Shown here piece after piece: positions 61,775-64,000 of a stretch of 64,000 bases of DNA; the first letter of the stretch is position 1, and the number at the start of each line of letters is the position of its first letter. A model generated the notes under the pieces. The model searched no databases, had not been told where the DNA came from, and saw nothing but the letters and a program-made list of their open reading frames with translations. The translations under genes were made by a program, and so were the position numbers. Source of the stretch: Pseudomonadota bacterium (GTDB lineage Bacteria > Desulfobacterota > Binatia > Binatales > Binataceae); assembly GCA_021323675.1 (NCBI GenBank), contig JAJPKP010000061.1, positions 11,955-75,954 of the forward strand. The letters run 5' to 3'.

Positions 61775-64000
61775 GTGTCAAGCATTCTTCGGTTCGGATC
61801 GTTCGGAGCAGCGTTGTTGGCGCTGCTCGCGATGCTGGCGACGACGGTGCGGATTGCGTCGGCCCAAAGCTACGCCACGCCGTCCGTCAATCCTGAGGAC
61901 TTCGTGGTCGGACCTGGAGAGGATCAGCCGGGATCGCCGGATGAGGCGTCCGGCTCTGATCAAAATTCATCGGGAGACCAGGCGGGATTAGGACAAGCCG
62001 GCGGGTCGATGATGCAGGATTTGAACATCTCGCCCGATCAGCTCGAGCGGCTGAAAGGCGAGTATCAGGGCGGCAATCTGTCTGAAGACCAGTTTCAGGA
62101 GTTATGCGCGAGGGTGGCCGCCAAGCACCTGAGCGATCAGGACGTGCAGGCGCTGGCGACGTCGATGGGGTTTGCGGCGGATCAGGCGGATAAGCTGCGA
62201 CAATGCGCTGAGGAAGCGCGAGGGGGAGCGCGAGGCGGACGGCAGGGGCCAAGCGCACAGAACCGCGATCAAATCGCGCGGCAGTTCGAACTCGAACGAC
62301 GCCGCCAGAAGCTGAAAACGTCACCGATAGAAGAGGAGTTTCGGAGTCTGGCGAGTCCGTATCGCCAGCCCGAAGCTCCGACTTCGGAGCATCTGGAGCA
62401 GTTTGGTTATTCGGTCTTTTCGGAGCCGGTCTCGACTTTTGCACCGGCTACCAACGTGCCTGTCAGCGAGGATTACATTCTCGGCCCCGGCGACAACTTG
62501 ACGGTGCTGCTTTGGGGACGCGTGAACCGGACTCTCAAATTGCCGGTGCAGCGTGACGGCTCGGTCCTGATGCCCAATCTCGGACCGATTCCAGTCGCGG
62601 GATTGACCTTCGAGCAGGCCAAGAAGCTCATCGAGTCGCGCACCGGACAGATCGAGGGCGTGCAGGTGAACGTCACGATGGGCGCAATTCGGACGATCCA
62701 GGTGTTCGTGATGGGCAAGGTGAATCAGCCCGGCCTCTACACGATCAGCGCGCTCTCGCACATAACCAACGCGCTGGTGGCGGCGGGCGGAATCGCCAAA
62801 GTCGGCACGCTTCGCAACGTGGAACTGCGCCGGGGCAACCGCACGGTTGCGGTGATCGATCTCTATAACATCCTGCTGCACGGCGATTCGTCCGGCGATG
62901 TCCGGCTCGAACCGCGCGACGTGATCTTCGTGCCGGTAATCGGGCCGGTCGTGGGTATCACGGGCGACGTGAACAGCCCCGGCATCTACGAACTCAAGGG
63001 CGAAGCCAATCTTCGCAGTGTGCTCGCCCTGGCCGGAGGCGTCAGCGCTTTCGGTTACGCCCAGCGGGTCCAGGTCGAGCGAATCGACAACCATCAACGG
63101 CGCATCGCGCTCGATGTGGAGCTTGGTGACCTTGGGCGTCCGCGGTTTCCAATCCACGACGGAGATCTCGTGAAAGTGTTTCCCGTTTTGCCTTTGCAGC
63201 AGAACGTGGTGGTACTCAAAGGGAACGTCAATCGGCCGGGAACCTACCAATGGCGCCAGGGAATGCGAGTGTCCGACCTGATCCGGGAAGGCGAGGGCAT
63301 TTCGGACCATACATATTTGGATTACGCGACCATTCGGCGGCGGGTTGCGCCTACCCAGCGAATCGAGTATCTGCCCGTGGACCTGGGCGCCGCACTGCAA
63401 AGCACTTCTCCCACCTTCGATGTGGCGCTTGCCCCACGTGATGAACTCACGGTGTACAGCGACAACGACTTGAACGATGTTCCGACGGTTACGGTGCGGG
63501 GGGCGGTGCGCAAGCCCGGGACCTATCCTCTATCGCAAGGAATGAAGCTGAGCGACCTTATCTACGAGGCGGGCGGGCTCAAAGACGATGCTTATCAGAG
63601 ACGCGGCACTTTGGCCCGCACCGAGATCGTCAACGGCGCGACCACGCGGCACTCTTATATCGACGTGGATATTGCCGCCGCGCTTGTCCCCGGCAGCACA
63701 AACGATCCCGAATTAAACCGCTATGACGAGCTCTTCGTTCAGGAGGCGTCCAACTGGCACAAGCCCTGGGAAGTGAGAGTTCACGGCCAGGTGCAGCGCC
63801 CCGGCCCCTACGTCATCCGGGAAGGGGAACGCCTGTCCGAGGTTCTTAGCGACTGCGGGGGCCTTCGCGCTGACGCCTATCTGCCCGCGATCGTGTTCGA
63901 ACGCGAATCGGTCCGAGCGATGCAGCGCGAGAGGCTGGCGGAGAGCCGTAAACGGTTGAAGGAGGATCTCCTGATGGTGTCGTTGATGCCTCAGCCGTTG
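61775..64000 (+). CDS. polysaccharide export protein (Wza/KpsD-like, Poly_export + multiple SLBB domains), 3'-partial
   Basis: Not in ORF track because it has no stop in the window. GTG 61775 gives signal peptide 'SSILRFGSFGAALLALLAMLATTVRIASAQS'. 'YILGPGDNLTVLLWGR' Poly_export motif. At least three SLBB-like repeats ('VFVMGKVNQPG', 'VTGDVNSPG', 'VLKGNVNRPG', 'VRGAVRKPG', 'VHGQVQRPG'). Open to window end, frame checked by hand. Confidence 0.8.
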   Translation, partial: MSSILRFGSFGAALLALLAMLATTVRIASAQSYATPSVNPEDFVVGPGEDQPGSPDEASGSDQNSSGDQAGLGQAGGSMMQDLNISPDQLERLKGEYQGGNLSEDQFQELCARVAAKHLSDQDVQALATSMGFAADQADKLRQCAEEARGGARGGRQGPSAQNRDQIARQFELERRRQKLKTSPIEEEFRSLASPYRQPEAPTSEHLEQFGYSVFSEPVSTFAPATNVPVSEDYILGPGDNLTVLLWGRVNRTLKLPVQRDGSVLMPNLGPIPVAGLTFEQAKKLIESRTGQIEGVQVNVTMGAIRTIQVFVMGKVNQPGLYTISALSHITNALVAAGGIAKVGTLRNVELRRGNRTVAVIDLYNILLHGDSSGDVRLEPRDVIFVPVIGPVVGITGDVNSPGIYELKGEANLRSVLALAGGVSAFGYAQRVQVERIDNHQRRIALDVELGDLGRPRFPIHDGDLVKVFPVLPLQQNVVVLKGNVNRPGTYQWRQGMRVSDLIREGEGISDHTYLDYATIRRRVAPTQRIEYLPVDLGAALQSTSPTFDVALAPRDELTVYSDNDLNDVPTVTVRGAVRKPGTYPLSQGMKLSDLIYEAGGLKDDAYQRRGTLARTEIVNGATTRHSYIDVDIAAALVPGSTNDPELNRYDELFVQEASNWHKPWEVRVHGQVQRPGPYVIREGERLSEVLSDCGGLRADAYLPAIVFERESVRAMQRERLAESRKRLKEDLLMVSLMPQPL

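Overview
High-GC (~65%) chromosomal segment from a Gram-negative-type bacterium; an Acidobacteria- or Deltaproteobacteria-like genome is a guess only. No rRNA, tRNA, CRISPR array, transposase or integrase is visible. The ORF track appears to translate GTG/TTG starts as M and to omit ORFs that run off the window end. Coordinates given 'by ORF-table offset' were derived from the supplied translations; a few others were read directly from the printed sequence and are marked less certain.

Content in order:
1. plsC-like acyltransferase, a 4x[4Fe-4S] ferredoxin, and an FTR1/EfeU iron permease with a Fur-box-like palindrome at its RBS.
2. hbd, greA, an acyl-CoA synthetase.
3. A complete aa3-type cytochrome c oxidase cluster: coxB-coxA-ctaA-ctaB-small ORF-coxIII-small ORF-coxIII'-coxIV-DUF420.
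4. GST and a PaaK/F390-synthetase-like ligase.
5. A TetR / LLM monooxygenase / alpha-beta hydrolase operon.
6. tonB, a YqeY/GatB-domain protein, epoxide hydrolase, ABC-F ATPase.
7. A lipid/acyl-CoA module: two SDRs, a split MaoC hotdog hydratase, a GH57/DUF3536 gene translationally coupled to acs, and a BAAT-type thioesterase.
8. The rimP-nusA-ylxR-infB-DUF503-rbfA-truB operon, then an LLM oxidoreductase, an orphan excisionase-type HTH, an RNB exoribonuclease and an orphan RHH protein, then pdxH.
9. At the 3' end, a cell-envelope locus. A 1348-aa secreted protein shows apparent homology to animal CEMIP/TMEM2 (G8 + parallel beta-helix), and is co-operonic with a beta-propeller lipoprotein. A divergent wHTH-P-loop-TPR (STAND-like) regulator follows, then a Gly-zipper lipoprotein, a 780-bp low-GC non-coding island, and a Cys-rich small secreted protein. 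A multi-SLBB Wza-like polysaccharide export gene follows; it runs off the window and is missing from the ORF track.

The CEMIP-like locus is the most likely candidate for a previously undescribed system.
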